Source: Eledone cirrhosa
Lineage: Eukaryota
DNA length: 64,000 nucleotides
Reading direction: 5' to 3'
NCBI GenBank assembly: GCA_964016885.1
Contig: OZ024748.1
Span: forward strand, 21,204,001-21,268,000
This document shows positions 43,947-59,076 of this stretch, piece by piece. A program made the translations under genes and the position numbers. The first letter of the stretch is position 1; every line of letters begins with the position of its first letter. A model generated the notes under the pieces. The model was not told the origin of the DNA. It did not search any database and was given only the letters and a program-made list of their open reading frames with translations.

Positions 43947-44604
43947 GAGAGAGAGAGCATTTTTTGAGAGAGAGATTTTGGTACCAACTTACTTTGGTAC
44001 AATATACAGGAACAAAATATTTAAGGTGACAATAATATTAGACCTATGCAACGACCATCCCGTCTAATTCCATTCCCAATTCCCAATATGTTATTCCTTG
44101 TTTAAGACGGTTTAAGGCAATTGTTTGTATATTTATAGACAATCTGGTTTCTTCTTCTAAGACGTGTAGCAACAACTGCAAGACCGCCTTCGCAATTTCT
44201 GAAGATATATTATAAGAGATTCTGAAAAATGTAATACACTGAAATAAAAGTGTTTTTGTGTTTTTAGAAAAGGAAGGAAATTTACATATGACTGTATTAC
44301 GGTGATTTTGAACATGTTTTAATGAGATAAATCACATGTGAACAGAAATATATCGATGAAAAATGATATGACCGTAATCATAGTAGGCTAATAAAACCGT
44401 AGGAAAATCTGTCTAGACATGAAGTGTGTGTAGGAATGTGGGGGGGGGGGGGTTGTGCGGGGAGGGGGAGAATATGTGGCAGTGTGTGTGTGTGTGTGTA
44501 TGCCTCTCTCTTCTCTGTATGTGTGTGTAATGTGTATCTGTGTGTATGTGTATGCCCTCTCTCTCTGTATGTGTGTGTAATGTGTATCTGTGTGTATGTG
44601 TATG

Positions 44605-44650
<46 letters not shown>

Positions 44651-44669
44651 CTCTCTCTCTCTCTCTCTT

Positions 44670-44741
<72 letters not shown>

Positions 44742-44844
44742 GTTCTCTCTCTCTCGTTCTCTCTCTCTCTGTATGTATGCGTGGGTGTCTGTGTGTGCCT
44801 ATGTGCCTCTGTTTGTGTGTGTATGTAATGTCTCTTTCTCTCTA

Positions 44845-44935
<91 letters not shown>

Positions 44936-45149
44936 GTGTGAGTGTGTGTGCGTGTCTATAAGTGTCAGTGTGTAAAGTTTGAGTGTGTGTGGAGATGATT
45001 ATGTGTTCGCACTGATATAAATTGCAGTTCAGTGAAAAAACATATTCAATGCCGTTAAATAGATTGAAATAACACTTTTTTAATGGTGAACATATATATA
45101 ATATATATGTATATGTCTGTGTGTATGTGTGCGTGTGTGTATCTTTGCT

Positions 45150-45225
<76 letters not shown>

Positions 45226-45431
45226 CTTGTTTTTAACTTTTATTTTCCAACTCATGTGTTATTTTTATTTTCATTTTTATTTGTTTCCCTCTTCCTCCTT
45301 CTCCTTCCAACCACTCCCCCGATGAAGGGCTTATGTCCGAAACGTCACACCCACACACCCCACTCTCAATAAGCGTGAAATTAATATATTTCGTAACTTT
45401 TACTCCTGTGTCGTAGTTTTTTTACTTTCCC

Positions 45432-45528
<97 letters not shown>

Positions 45529-45550
45529 TGTGTGTGTGTGCGCGTGTGTC

Positions 45551-45604
<54 letters not shown>

Positions 45605-46217
45605 TATGCATGCGTGTGTTCATATATATGGTATATATTTCTATATATTTCTGTTTGATGTTTATATGAGTGTGTTTCAATGATTGTATGTGTGCTAGAG
45701 TGTGTGTGTGAGTGCGAGTATGTTTGTGTATGTGTGCTAGCATGTGTGTGTGTGTGTGCGTGCTAGTATGGGTCTGTGCGAGTGTGTTTGTGTATGTATG
45801 CTAACGTGTGTATGTATGCTAGCGTGTGTGTGTGTGTGAGTGAGTCTATGTGTGCGGGTGTGCCTCTGATGGGACCCAAAAGAAGAGAGAAAGTGTGGAA
45901 GAGGACAAGAAACGCCATTTTAATGTCACTGTGGCAAAAGTTCAGAGAGTCAAGGTTAAACGGGCAGGAAGTGACGTTTTCAAACCCAGACGCCAACATC
46001 AACCATAATAGGCCATCTTGTATCTTGTTCTATCGCAACTTGCAAAGCTGTCATTTTTTATTGTTGTTATTAACATCAATGATGCTGTGATGACTATTGT
46101 TGTTGTGAGGAAGATGTGTGTATGTGCGTATGTGTTTGTATCTATGTGTGTGCGTGCGTGTATGAGTGTATGTGGTGTTTGTGTGTGTGTGCATAACTGT
46201 GCATAGAAGTGTGTGTG

Positions 46218-46558
<341 letters not shown>

Positions 46559-46738
46559 GTATGGATGCATGCCTAGAAAATAGTGTGTATATGTATGTAT
46601 ATATGTGCGTATGTGTGTATGTATGTATGTTTATATACATGCGTGTATGCATGCATATAAGTATGTCTGCGTGTATGTTTCGATGTATGTCAGTATGTCG
46701 GTATTCATGTATGTATGAATGAATGTATGTGTGTATAC

Positions 46739-46818
<80 letters not shown>

Positions 46819-46847
46819 ATATGTATGAATGAATGGATGTATGTGTC

Positions 46848-46903
<56 letters not shown>

Positions 46904-46970
46904 TAGTTATATATATATGTATGCACATATATGTACAAATTTAAATGTTTTTCTTGTTGTCATAGTAGTA

Positions 46971-47044
<74 letters not shown>

Positions 47045-47268
47045 TGGTGTTTTTCTTGTTGTCATAGTTGTCATGTTGTTGTTCTTGATTCACCAAATGC
47101 CGCTATTTCCTGTAATTCTAACACATCTGAACCCCCCCCCCCCATCTTGTGTTTCTCGTTAATGTCACAGTTATTGGCTCACTGTCTCGCCGCCATCTTA
47201 TCTATCTGTTCATCTGCCTGTCTGGTTATCTGTTTATTTATCTCACTATCTATCTGGTTCTCTCTCTA

Positions 47269-47416
<148 letters not shown>

Positions 47417-47443
47417 TGTGTGTGTGTGTATATATATATATAT

Positions 47444-47485
<42 letters not shown>

Positions 47486-47504
47486 TTAGTTGTAATTAAT
47501 TTTT

Positions 47505-47550
<46 letters not shown>

Positions 47551-47578
47551 TATATATTTATATATGTACATTTCTATA

Positions 47579-47722
<144 letters not shown>

Positions 47723-47778
47723 TGCCTATCTGTCTACATATTTATACATCTGCCTAACTATCTATCTATGCATTTATG

Positions 47779-48080
47779 AAAGGTGGGTGAAAGTGGCGAG
47801 AATGGCCCGAGTGAATGGGCCTTCTCTCTATATCAGCCTGTAGGTTGAGGAAAAGGAGGAGGAGAGGAAAGGAGTACAAGCTCTTCGTACTCCTGGAGAT
47901 GAGGGTTGCACATTTTTTTCGGGGGTCTGTGTTACCCATATAAACTGTCTCCCTCTATTGGGGAAAATCGACTAACTTTTAAATTCCATCTGTGATAACA
48001 TTTTACACGTTTTTATTGTATGTAAACTTCCCCCTTTGTATTTGTCCCCTTCTTTTGTGCCCCTGTGGCTAATAAAGAAA
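47779..48080 (+). mobile_element. 3' end of an L1/Tx1-like LINE
   Basis: Similar to 1-294. The terminal ~70 bp match the reverse complement of 62363-62436. Confidence 0.65.
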
Positions 48081-48131
48081 TATATCTATGCATCTATTTA
48101 TGTAACTAACTATGTATCTATATATCTATCA

Positions 48132-48585
48132 AAAGGCAAAGGAGCTCTTAAGAGTCAATGGCCATCCAAAATCACCGGGAGAGATGACCCCTTAGCCTTT
48201 GTCAAGGCAGAATTCTAGGAGAAGGAAAACTCTGATATAACACCTGCAACTGATAGTAGCCAATGATGTTGACTTGTTCTTCTTTTGGGTAAATATCATC
48301 TTGGTTAAGAGAGTGGGACTGGCTTTGTGCAGTGCCTTCGCTCACTATAAAAGCTTCACGGCACAGGCATTGCTTTATATCTGGAGATCTCTCTGCACTT
48401 GTCGTCACATGGTACCATGGGCCCAGCACTATGTGTCAATAATTGTCACAAGTGTAGTGTTTGTACCAGAGTTTTCAAGTCGCTGGCTGGACTAAAAAGT
48501 CACACTCGTTTAGCGCATCGGTAGGGGTTCTCCTACATGGATATAAAGTAGTGGCCGTACCCGAAAACGAGTTGGCAGCCACCAT
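48132..48585 (+). mobile_element. Non-autonomous RTE-related element (5'-truncated copy)
   Basis: Highly similar to the reverse complement of 52131-52590. Contains CTAGGAGAAGGAAAACTCTGA, which resembles RTE/BovB 5'UTRs, and a terminal hairpin. Confidence 0.6.
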
Positions 48586-48607
48586 ATATCTATCTATCTA
48601 TCTATCT

Positions 48608-48679
<72 letters not shown>

Positions 48680-48855
48680 TTACATAAATAGATGCATAGA
48701 TAGATAGTTAGGCAGATGTATAATAACACTACATTTTTAATAATGTCACTTTGACGAATCAAAAAAGAAAAACAGACCCTTAAACATATCTCCCGTGCTA
48801 TTTCCAACTTCATCTTTTCTCTATACCCACTGTTTTATATAGAACCTCACTTCTC

Positions 48856-48943
<88 letters not shown>

Positions 48944-49089
48944 ATATATATATATATATATACATATAAATATTATCAGAAATATATCGAGAAGACTGCA
49001 TGACGTTTAGAAACAAAATTTAATTATTACGCGTTGTTTTGCAATACAGCTGGTAGACATGTGTATATATATGTATATACAGATGCACT

Positions 49090-49122
<33 letters not shown>

Positions 49123-49608
49123 GTATATATATATGTATATACAGATGCACTTATATATATATATATATATGTATATACAGATGCACTTATATATATATGT
49201 ATATATATATGTATATACAGATGCACTTATATATATATATATATATGTATATACAGATGCACTTATATATATATATATGTATATATATATGTATATACAG
49301 ATGCACTTATATATATATGTATATATATATGTATATACAGATGCACTGATAAGACTCATCAAAGAAAAATGTCTGTCCTTAAAGATGTCACTGTATGTAT
49401 GTATGTATATATGTATGTATGTACGTATGTATGTGTGTATGTACGTATGTATGTGTGTGTGTATGTATGTATATGTATGTAAGTATGTATATATGTGTAT
49501 TTTGCATGTATGTATGTATGTATGGCTATCTATGTATGAGTCTAGCCATCTGGCTGACTGTCTGTCAGATGACCTCCATTCTATATACGTGTGTATATCT
49601 ATCTCTCA

Positions 49609-49659
<51 letters not shown>

Positions 49660-49721
49660 TATATATGTATATGTGTGTGTGTACATATATATATATACAC
49701 ACACACATATACATATATATA

Positions 49722-49808
<87 letters not shown>

Positions 49809-50184
49809 GTATATATGTGTGTGTGTATATATATATGCATATATATATGTGTGTGCGTGTATATGTATGTATATATATATATATATATGTATGTGTGTGC
49901 CTGTGAGTGTGTGTGTATTAGCATGTGTGTATGTGAGTGCCTGTCTGTGTGTTTGTGTGTGTGTGTGTGTGTGTGTTGCGTTTGCTAGAGGGGATCGAAC
50001 CAGGAAAGAATCTGAAAAATTGATAAGGAAGCGGATGCAATGGTGGTGGTGGTGTTGGTGGTGGTGGTGGTGGTGGTGGTGGTGGTGGAGGATGAAGGGA
50101 ATGAGGATGGGGATGGTGGTGATGATGATCATGACGGCGACGATGGCAACGATGACGTGAATAATGATGATGATGATGATGATG

Positions 50185-50252
<68 letters not shown>

Positions 50253-50531
50253 GACGATGTGGAGCAGTGGGAAAATAAGGTGATCTGTGGGAAAGAGAAA
50301 TAAGGAAATGGTGAATGAAATAGGTTACCCGGATGGAGTGAGGTGGGGGAGGAGACAAAACTGGAAATCTGTTGGCTGGGTGGAGTGAAGTCATGTGATC
50401 AACTACTCACGGAAATGATGAAAATGCAGAAATAATTATTGGAGATATGCTGAGTACAACAACAACAACAATAACAACTTTACATCAACAACAACAACAA
50501 CAGCGGCAGCAAAAATGGTATCAACAGAAAT

Positions 50532-50564
<33 letters not shown>

Positions 50565-50627
50565 AGCAGCAGCAGCAGCAGAAACAACAGCAGCAATAAC
50601 CAGAACAGTAGCAGCAAACATGGTATC

Positions 50628-50670
<43 letters not shown>

Positions 50671-50878
50671 GCAGCAGCAGCAACCAGAACAGCAGCAGCA
50701 AAGATGTATCAACAACAACAACAACAATAACAACAATATCAAAAATGGTATCAACAGAAATAACAACAACAACAACATCAAATATAATAACAACAACAAC
50801 AATCACAAGAAAAGTATCAACAGCAACAGCATTATTTCTAACAAAAACAACCACAAAAATATATGAGCACATACATAC

Positions 50879-50922
<44 letters not shown>

Positions 50923-52130
50923 TAACACACATGCATGCATATATATACATATATATATATATACATACTTATATACATACGTACATATATATATATATAT
51001 ATATACATAATACATACATACGTACATAGTACATACATAGTATATACATACATATATATGTATGTATATACTATGTATGTACTATGTATGTATATATATA
51101 TATATATAGATACATAGTACATAAATAGTATATACATACATACATAGTAAATACATACATACATAGTATATACATACATATATATATGTATATACATACA
51201 TAGTACATACATACATGCATACATACATGCATACATATATAACTACATATATACATACACACATACATACATAGTACATACATACATACATAGTACATAC
51301 ATACATGCATACATACATACATACATACATACATACATACATACATACATACATACATACATACATGCATACATACATGCATACATATATAATTACATAT
51401 ATACATACATACATACATACATACATACACACATACATACATAGTACATACATACATACATACATACATACATACATACATACATACATACATACACAGG
51501 CATACACATATATATCTATATACACATTATACACACTATATACACACACACACATATATATATATATATACACTCGTTAATCTTCAGGATATAGATTAAG
51601 AAGACTCAATTGCATTTCAATCGAGAGATAATTATATTTATGTTTTTTCTTCTCATCCTTTTAGTAAAAGAAGAAATTATAAATTATCAAAACAACAAAA
51701 TACAATTATCTAAATATAATTCTGATGATGGAATAAGAAGGCTGCAAAGTAAATATACATTAATAAGAATAGTAACAACAACAACAACAATAGCAGCAAC
51801 AACAACAGCAACAGCAACAACATCAGCAGCAACAATAGCAGCAGCAACAACAACAACAGCAACAGCAACAGCAGCAACATCAGCAGCAACAACAGCAACA
51901 ACAGCGGCAACAACAACAATAACAGCAGCAACAACATCAGCAGCAACAACAGCAACAACAGCAACAACAGCAGGAAATGGAGCAACAACAACAATAGCAG
52001 CAGCAACAACAGCAATATCAGTAACAACTACAACAATATCAGCAGTAACAACAGCAGCAACAATACATACATACATACATACATACATACATACATACAT
52101 ACATACATACATACATACATACATACATAC

Positions 52131-52683
52131 ATGGTGGCTGCCAACTCGTTTTCGAGTACGGCCACTACTTTATATCCATGTAGGAGAACTCCTACCGATG
52201 CGCTGAACGAGTGTGACTTTTTAGTCCAGCCAGCGACTTGAAAACTCTGGTACAAACACTGCACTTGTGACAATTATTGACACATAGTGCTGGGCCCATG
52301 GTACCATGTGACGACACGTGCAGAGAGATCTCAAGATACAAAGCAATGCCTGTGCCGTGAAGCTTTTATAGTGAGCAAAGGCACTGCACAAAGCCAGTCC
52401 CACTCTCTTAACCAAGATGATATTTACCAAAAAGAAGAACAAGTCAACATCATTGGATACCATCAGGGTTGCAGGTGTTATATCAGAGTTTTCCTTCTCC
52501 TAGAATTCTGCCTTGACAAAGGCTAAGGGGTCATCTCTCCCGGTGATTTTGGATGGCCATTGACTCATAAGAGCTCCTTTGCCCTTTGACAGGTTTTGTT
52601 TTTAGTCCTGCAGGATGTCCAAAATCACCCTCCTCACCAAGAAACCTTGGTGGGGTTGCCAGTTTAGTCGCCAACAACCCGAC
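52131..52683 (-). mobile_element. ~550-bp non-autonomous RTE-related element in (CATA)n
   Basis: Second copy of 48132-48585 with extra 5' sequence. (CATA)n on both sides. No credible ORF. Confidence 0.6.
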
Positions 52684-52809
52684 CATACATACATACATAC
52701 ACACATACACCATACGTACATACATACATACATCATATATACATACATACATTCATACTTACATACATACATTCATACATACAGACAGATATACATACAT
52801 ACAGACAGT

Positions 52810-53178
52810 CATAAAACCCTAATAAAAAGCAGGCATAACAGACCAGATATTATGATATGGCACAGGTAAAGGAAGACATGCGCAGTAGTGGAAGTTAGCT
52901 GCCCAGCAGATGCCAATATAATATCAAAGATTAGCGAAAAAGAGAATATTTATGCAGAACTGATGAGAAATCTGCAGATACTCCACCCTGATTACACCTT
53001 TAGATTTATGTCTGCGATTATTGGGGCACTGGGATATGTTAGTAACTGCCTCAATACAAATCTTGAGAAGCTGGGCTTCACAGAAACAGATAGAACACAA
53101 CTAGTTTGGAAATTACAAGTACAATCCATTAATAGAACAGTAAAAATATGTAAAACATTCCAAAAATTTTGTATCTAA
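52810..53178 (+). mobile_element. 3' remnant of a restriction-like endonuclease (RLE) non-LTR retrotransposon (R4/Dong/NeSL-like)
   Basis: HNRPDIMIW...VEVSCP...KENIY...IIGALG is a PD-(D/E)xK-type RLE C-terminus. In-frame stop at ~52867. Confidence 0.82.
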
Positions 53179-53569
53179 TAACTGCATATACACATGTACA
53201 GAGACAAAGCATATGCACATGCACACATACAACTCAAAACATACACATCCACACATACAATAACATCCATACCTGCACACACATGCATGCAAGCATGCAT
53301 ACATATCTACCTAGTTGATGTTGTGTAAATTCCAATGAGAGAGTCTTGTAACTATGTTAGAAACCGACTCTCTCTCTCTATTGGCAAAAATTTGTGAAAT
53401 TATAAAACCAGAAGAACATACATGCACACATACATACATGCACTTACACATACATACAAACATATATTACTAGATCAATGGAGAAGTTTGCTTGTGAAAC
53501 AAATTTGCAAGTAGCAGAAATATATATAATTATATATGTGGGGGTGGGGGTGGGGGGCGCATCTGTGTG

Positions 53570-53789
53570 TATTATATATTTGTTTTGCAAGGTTTTTGAT
53601 ATCAAATCGTGTGTTGAAACAAATAATGTTATATTTGGGGAGAGTCATATTGTTATAATATTGCCAGAAATAATAAAACACACTTAATTAGGTTTGAATT
53701 GGTTTCGCTTCTCTATCTTTTATATCCCCATAGTTGATTTACCTGGCAATCAATGTTTATCATTGATTGACCAGTGGTTAAAAATACAG

Positions 53790-53867
<78 letters not shown>

Positions 53868-54021
53868 TATTAAAGTTATTTCGTCACACACATGTAGCAT
53901 CATCAGAAAAATTAACTATGGAGATATAATAGATGCAGAAGCGAAAACCAATTCAAGCCATACAGTGAGTGTCTTTTATTATTACTTCTGGCAATATTAT
54001 AACAATATGACCCTCCCCAAC
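53570..54021. mobile_element. Old diverged palindromic element related to family D
   Basis: Diverged inverted arms (53630-53740 / 53905-54021) share TGACCCTCCC..AA and CAACACACGATTT with family D. A degenerate CTGATGA...GAAA lies on the minus strand at ~53875-53906. Confidence 0.5.
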
Positions 54022-54040
54022 TATATATATATATATATAT

Positions 54041-54282
54041 CAAGTAACAATATTTTCGAAACAGCGAGTGGGTTTGAAATTATTAGAAATGTAAGCTATC
54101 GCCGTATTTTGACTAAAGAAATTAAAGGAATTATTTAGACTGATAGTGGGGTTAAGAACCCTCGGAGAAATAGAAAAAGATGAGTATTGACGTACATGTA
54201 CGTCAATACTCATCTTTTTCCATTTCTCCGAGGGTTCTTAACCCCACTATCAGGCTAAATAATTTCTTTAATTTCTTTAGTC

Positions 54283-54283
<1 letters not shown>
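54041..54283 (-). mobile_element. Palindromic (TA)n-embedded element, no HHR retained
   Basis: Spacer-less palindrome 54110-54283 centred on GTACATGTAC, with a unique tail 54041-54109. Confidence 0.65.
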
Positions 54284-54334
<51 letters not shown>

Positions 54335-54339
<5 letters not shown>

Positions 54340-54549
54340 GAAGGAATTGTGGTAAGGAACCAGATGGACCATAACGTACCAGAGTACTTAATACTTAGCG
54401 TAGTAAAGTGGGAAATAGGAAGAAGTATGACCCCGACGGCAGAGCTCAAGCCGTTTCGACGGCTATTTCTGGACTAAATTAAAATTTTAATTTAGTCCAG
54501 AAATAGCCGTCGAAACGGCTTGAGCTCTGCCGTCGGAGTCATACCTCTT

Positions 54550-54552
<3 letters not shown>
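54335..54552 (-). mobile_element. Family F truncated palindromic copy
   Basis: Diverged copy of 9464-9992, folded near 54485. Confidence 0.78.
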
Positions 54553-54611
<59 letters not shown>

Positions 54612-55642
54612 CACGAGTCCCCTTAATGCAATTCACAAACAGATTCACCGTGTCACAATATATGACATGAGTGGCCCTTTGAATTATGAGTGTAGCTCAT
54701 GATGTTTTTTTTGTTTGCTTTATGCTTTTTTAGACGGTTGTATAGACTGGAGCAACGTGAAATAAAGTGTCTTGCTCAAGGACACAACGCCGTGCTAGCA
54801 ATCGAACTCACGACCTTACGATCGCAAGAAAAACATTTTCTTCTTCTTCTTCTTCTTCTTCTTCTTCTTCTTCTTCTTCTTCTTCTTCTTCTTCTTCTTC
54901 TTCTTCTTCTGCCGTCCCTCCATCGAAGGTGAAACATTCATTTTGTTTGTTCTAAGGTCTAGAATATATACAGCGCGTCACATATACAAACATATTTGTA
55001 AATATGGTTATTTGATAATTTTGCCTTGAAGCAAAATGCAACAAACAATTCCAGTTCCAGACAATAGGGAAAAAATTGAATTTAATTCTGCAGAAATTCT
55101 TCAGCAAAGAAACAATAAATAATACAACATGTAATAAGAGGCTAAGAACGTAGCAAATATTGCCAAGAACAATGTTTGGTCAGAGGGTTTACACATCTTT
55201 AAATGACCTTTTAGTTTGGTTTGGGAGATGAGAAATATAATTTGGTATTTTCTGAAAATGGAGTAAATGTTTTAAACAGAAAGGAATGCAGTGCATTTTA
55301 AGAAATACTAAATTTCTTTTCTGGAAGTGACTATTACGGAAATAGTCATCTCAGCAAGTGACTGAGAATCCCACAGACACATGTCTGTACCCTTAACGTA
55401 ATTCATAGGGAGACACAGGAATGCTGATCGTCGAAAGCGACGAAGAAACAGTAATCGTAATAATTAGATACAGACTTCCACATAGTTGCGGTAGAAGATA
55501 CTTTGTCCAAGATGATTGCGAAGTACAATGCTAATCAGGCATACTTACATCTATATACACGTGCCCACGCACAATCAAAGAATAAAGAATTAATGAAAGG
55601 AGATATGTAGAAATCCTATCACTTTTCCCAGGAACTACGCTA

Positions 55643-55693
<51 letters not shown>

Positions 55694-55695
<2 letters not shown>

Positions 55696-55883
55696 AACCA
55701 GTAAGACCCCGACGGCTGAGCTCAAGCCGTTTCGACGGCTAATTCTGGACAGAATTAGCCGTCGAAACGGCTTGAGCTCAGCCGTCGGGGTCTTACTGGT
55801 TTCTATTACCCACTCTACTACCCCAAGTATTGAGTACTTTGGTGCGCTATGGTCCACCTGGTTCCTTACCACATTTCCTTCGT
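55694..55883 (+). mobile_element. Family F truncated palindromic copy
   Basis: Folded near 55748. The tail matches 9910-9992. Confidence 0.78.
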
Positions 55884-55901
55884 TATATATATATATATAT
55901 A

Positions 55902-56090
55902 AGTTTATCCCGGGTTCAATCGGGGGTAAACACAGTAAGTAAGGTACTCAATACGTAGTATAAATATTTAATATAGAAATGGCGTCTACATGACTAGAAC
56001 TGTTTCCTTCGGAAGAAATCATCAAGAGGTCCTGATGATTTCACCCGAATGAAATAGTTCTAGTCCTGTAAAAGCCATTTCTCTATTAAA
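55902..56090 (-). mobile_element. Family K palindromic copy with CTGATGA core
   Basis: CTGATGA-tttc-accc-gaat-GAAA at ~56032-56054. Confidence 0.75.
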
Positions 56091-56302
56091 TATATATATA
56101 TATAAAGAGAAAGAGAGAGGGGGAGAGAGATAGGTCAAATTAAATGTAGACGGTTATTGTAGTGAAACATGTTAAACAAAAATCGAATTCTCAATAAATT
56201 TCTCCGTCTGACCAATTCCTCCTGCCTAGTTATTCCTGTTTTTCACGGTACAATACTTATTATTCTTATTATATATATATATGTGCGTGTGTGTGTGTGT
56301 AT

Positions 56303-56574
56303 GATTGCGTTGGTATGGACATGTGATGCGCATGGAGGATGACCGCTGGGTAAAGAAGTGCCAAGAAACCCCAGTGGATGGAAGACGCAGTAGAGGAAGA
56401 CCAGGAAAATCATGGACGGAGGTGTTGAGAGCTGACCTCAGATCGCTGAAGCTCACGGAGGAGATGACGAAGGACCGTGACAAATGGAAAGATGGTGTGC
56501 TGAATAGGACCCGTCCTACACATGCAAGCAGGGAAAAGTGGACGTAAAATAATGATGATGATGATGATGATGAT
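56303..56574 (+). mobile_element. RTE-clade LINE 3' fragment with (ATG)n tail
   Basis: RWYGHVMRMEDDRWVKKC...RGRPGKSW. Same family as 42216-42873. Confidence 0.88.
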
Positions 56575-56596
56575 TATATATATATATATATATATA

Positions 56597-56944
56597 TCAA
56601 GAAAAAAAGATGAAATCGAAAATTCAACTGGGGTCTTATTTTTAAAAAAATTTATATATATTTACTTGTTCCTTTACCGGTTTCGCAGTTCTTTTCAAAA
56701 GTAGAGTTGAAATGGAGGGTCTGTGGTTTTTCTCACATCTGTGAGAAAAAGTGAGAAAAACCACAGACCCTCCATCTCAACTCTACTTTTGAAAAGAACT
56801 GCGAAACCGGTAAAGGAACAAATAAATATATATATTTTTTTTAAATAAGACTCCAGTTGCATTTTCGATTTCATCTTTTTTTCTTTATACTTTCACTCGT
56901 GTAGGACACCTCGGTTATTTTTCCTTTTGTAAAAAAAACCTCAC

Positions 56945-56950
<6 letters not shown>
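56597..56950 (+). mobile_element. Family J palindromic element (stem II deletion in both arms)
   Basis: Arms at ~56599-56736 and ~56751-56884. Both arms read TTGAAAA-GAACTGC-GAAACCGGTA. Confidence 0.75.
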
Positions 56951-57021
<71 letters not shown>

Positions 57022-57026
<5 letters not shown>

Positions 57027-57259
57027 ATACTTTGGGAGGGTCATGTTGCCAATAAGAAACACACGCACCAGTTGCTTTCACTTCAATTTATTATATATTT
57101 ATAAATTTATAAATTTACAAATCTACAAACTTATAAATTTCTGGTTGGTTGGTTGGTTCCACAACATTGGCAACATAACATGACCCTCCCAAAGTATAAC
57201 AATATCGGTTTCAACACACGATTTCAGATAAAGAATCTTGCTAAACAAATTCAGAAACG

Positions 57260-57261
<2 letters not shown>
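57022..57261 (+). mobile_element. Family D copy lacking the HHR-bearing centre
   Basis: Both termini are nearly identical to 1902-2522. (TA)n flanks. Confidence 0.8.
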
Positions 57262-57304
<43 letters not shown>

Positions 57305-57306
<2 letters not shown>

Positions 57307-57575
57307 AAAGAACATCTTCGATGCGAATGACCATGGAACTTGCACCCAGGAAGTTCCTCTCCAAGTCTGGGCAAGGTTGTTTGTGAAAGACCAGAAGTCA
57401 CCCATGCAAACCAATCTCCCCTCTACACACCATTGATGTAGTCCAAGGGAAAGGCATTTCTACAGCTGAGTGAACTGGAGCAACGTTAAATAAAGTATCT
57501 TGCTCAAGGATATATACCGCATCCCCCGGCCCGGGAACTGAACTCTAATTCTTTAACCACCAAAGCACGTGCCTT
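57305..57575 (-). mobile_element. SINE with RTE-like body (degenerate)
   Basis: GGGCAAGGTTGTTT...CCAAGGGAAAGGC body and CTTGCTCAAGGA, shared with 54650-54830. Confidence 0.5.
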
Positions 57576-57599
57576 CACTTTCTACATATATATATGTAC

Positions 57600-57703
57600 G
57601 TTTGAATATGTGTGTGTGTGTGTGTGTGTGTGCATGCGTGTGACTTTGTGAGTATATGTGTGCGTGTGAGTGTGCATGTGTGTGAGAGAGAGAGAATGTG
57701 TGC

Positions 57704-57762
<59 letters not shown>

Positions 57763-57769
57763 TGTGTGC

Positions 57770-57804
<35 letters not shown>

Positions 57805-58024
57805 TGTGTGTGCGTCTGAGTGAGAGTTTCTGTGTGTGTGTGAAAATGTATGGGTGAATATGTATGTGTGAATATGAAGATGTGTATGTCTGCGTGTATG
57901 TATGTGTGCGTGCGTATGTGTGTGTATGTATATGTGTGTGTATGTGTAGGTGTGTGTAGGTTTGTGTGTGTGTGTGTGTGTATGTGTGCGTGTGAGTATG
58001 CATGTGTGAGAGAGAGGGAGAATA

Positions 58025-58055
<31 letters not shown>

Positions 58056-58109
58056 GTGTGCTTGTGTGTGTGTGTGTGTGTGTGTATGTGTGTGTGTGCG
58101 TGTGTGTGC

Positions 58110-58150
<41 letters not shown>

Positions 58151-58660
58151 TGTGTGTGTGTGTGTGTGTGCTTGTGTGTGCGTCTGAGTGAGAGTTTCTG
58201 TATGTGTGTGAAAATGTATGGGTGAATATGTATGTGTGAATATGGAGATGTGTATGTGTGCGTGCGTGCGTATGTGTGTGTATGTATATGTGTGTGTATG
58301 TGTAGGTGTGTGTAGGTTTGTGTGTGTGTGTGTGTGTATGTGTGCGTGTGAGTGTGCATGTGTGAGAGAGAGAGGGAGAATATGTGTGTGTGTGTGTGTG
58401 TGTGTGCGTGTGTGTGCTTGTGTGTGTGCGTGCGCGCGTGTGTGCTTGTGTGTGTGTGTGTGCGCGTGTGTGTGTGTGTGCTTGTGTGTGCGTCTGAGTG
58501 AGAGTTTCTGTATGTGTGTGAAAATGTATGGGTGAATATGTATGTGTGAATATGGAGATGTGTATGTGTGCGTGCGTGCGTATGTGTGTGTATGTATATG
58601 TGTGTGTATGTGTAGGTGTGTGTGTGTGTATGTGTGTGTGTGTGTGTGTATGTGTGTGTC
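57600..58660. repeat. TG-rich higher-order repeat (~3 x 300-370 bp)
   Basis: GCGTCTGAGTGAGAGTTTCTG...AAAATGTATGGGTGAATATG recurs at ~57812, 58180 and 58490. Confidence 0.8.
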
Positions 58661-58891
58661 TGTACTGAGCTGCACACTGATATAAAATGAGAGGTGATAT
58701 ATAATGTACTTGTGTATCATTAAGACCAGTGTATGGTCCTTCAAATTACCGTTAATAGCTACATGGCAACATGGTCGCCTTGTTCACGTACTGGAGCGTT
58801 CAGCCGATCACACAATGGAGAGGGTTAATACCTAATAGATATACACACATATATATATACGTACATACATATATATATGTGGGGGGAGGGG

Positions 58892-58923
<32 letters not shown>

Positions 58924-58937
58924 GTGTATATATATAT

Positions 58938-58973
<36 letters not shown>

Positions 58974-59031
58974 ATATATACCTATATACATACATACATA
59001 TATTCCTACATACATAGATATATGTATATAT

Positions 59032-59076
<45 letters not shown>

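Noticed and set aside
52131-52240. HDV-like or pistol ribozyme fold
   Set aside because: Pseudoknot-type pairing exists, but there is no P3/L3 (HDV) and no pistol core residues.
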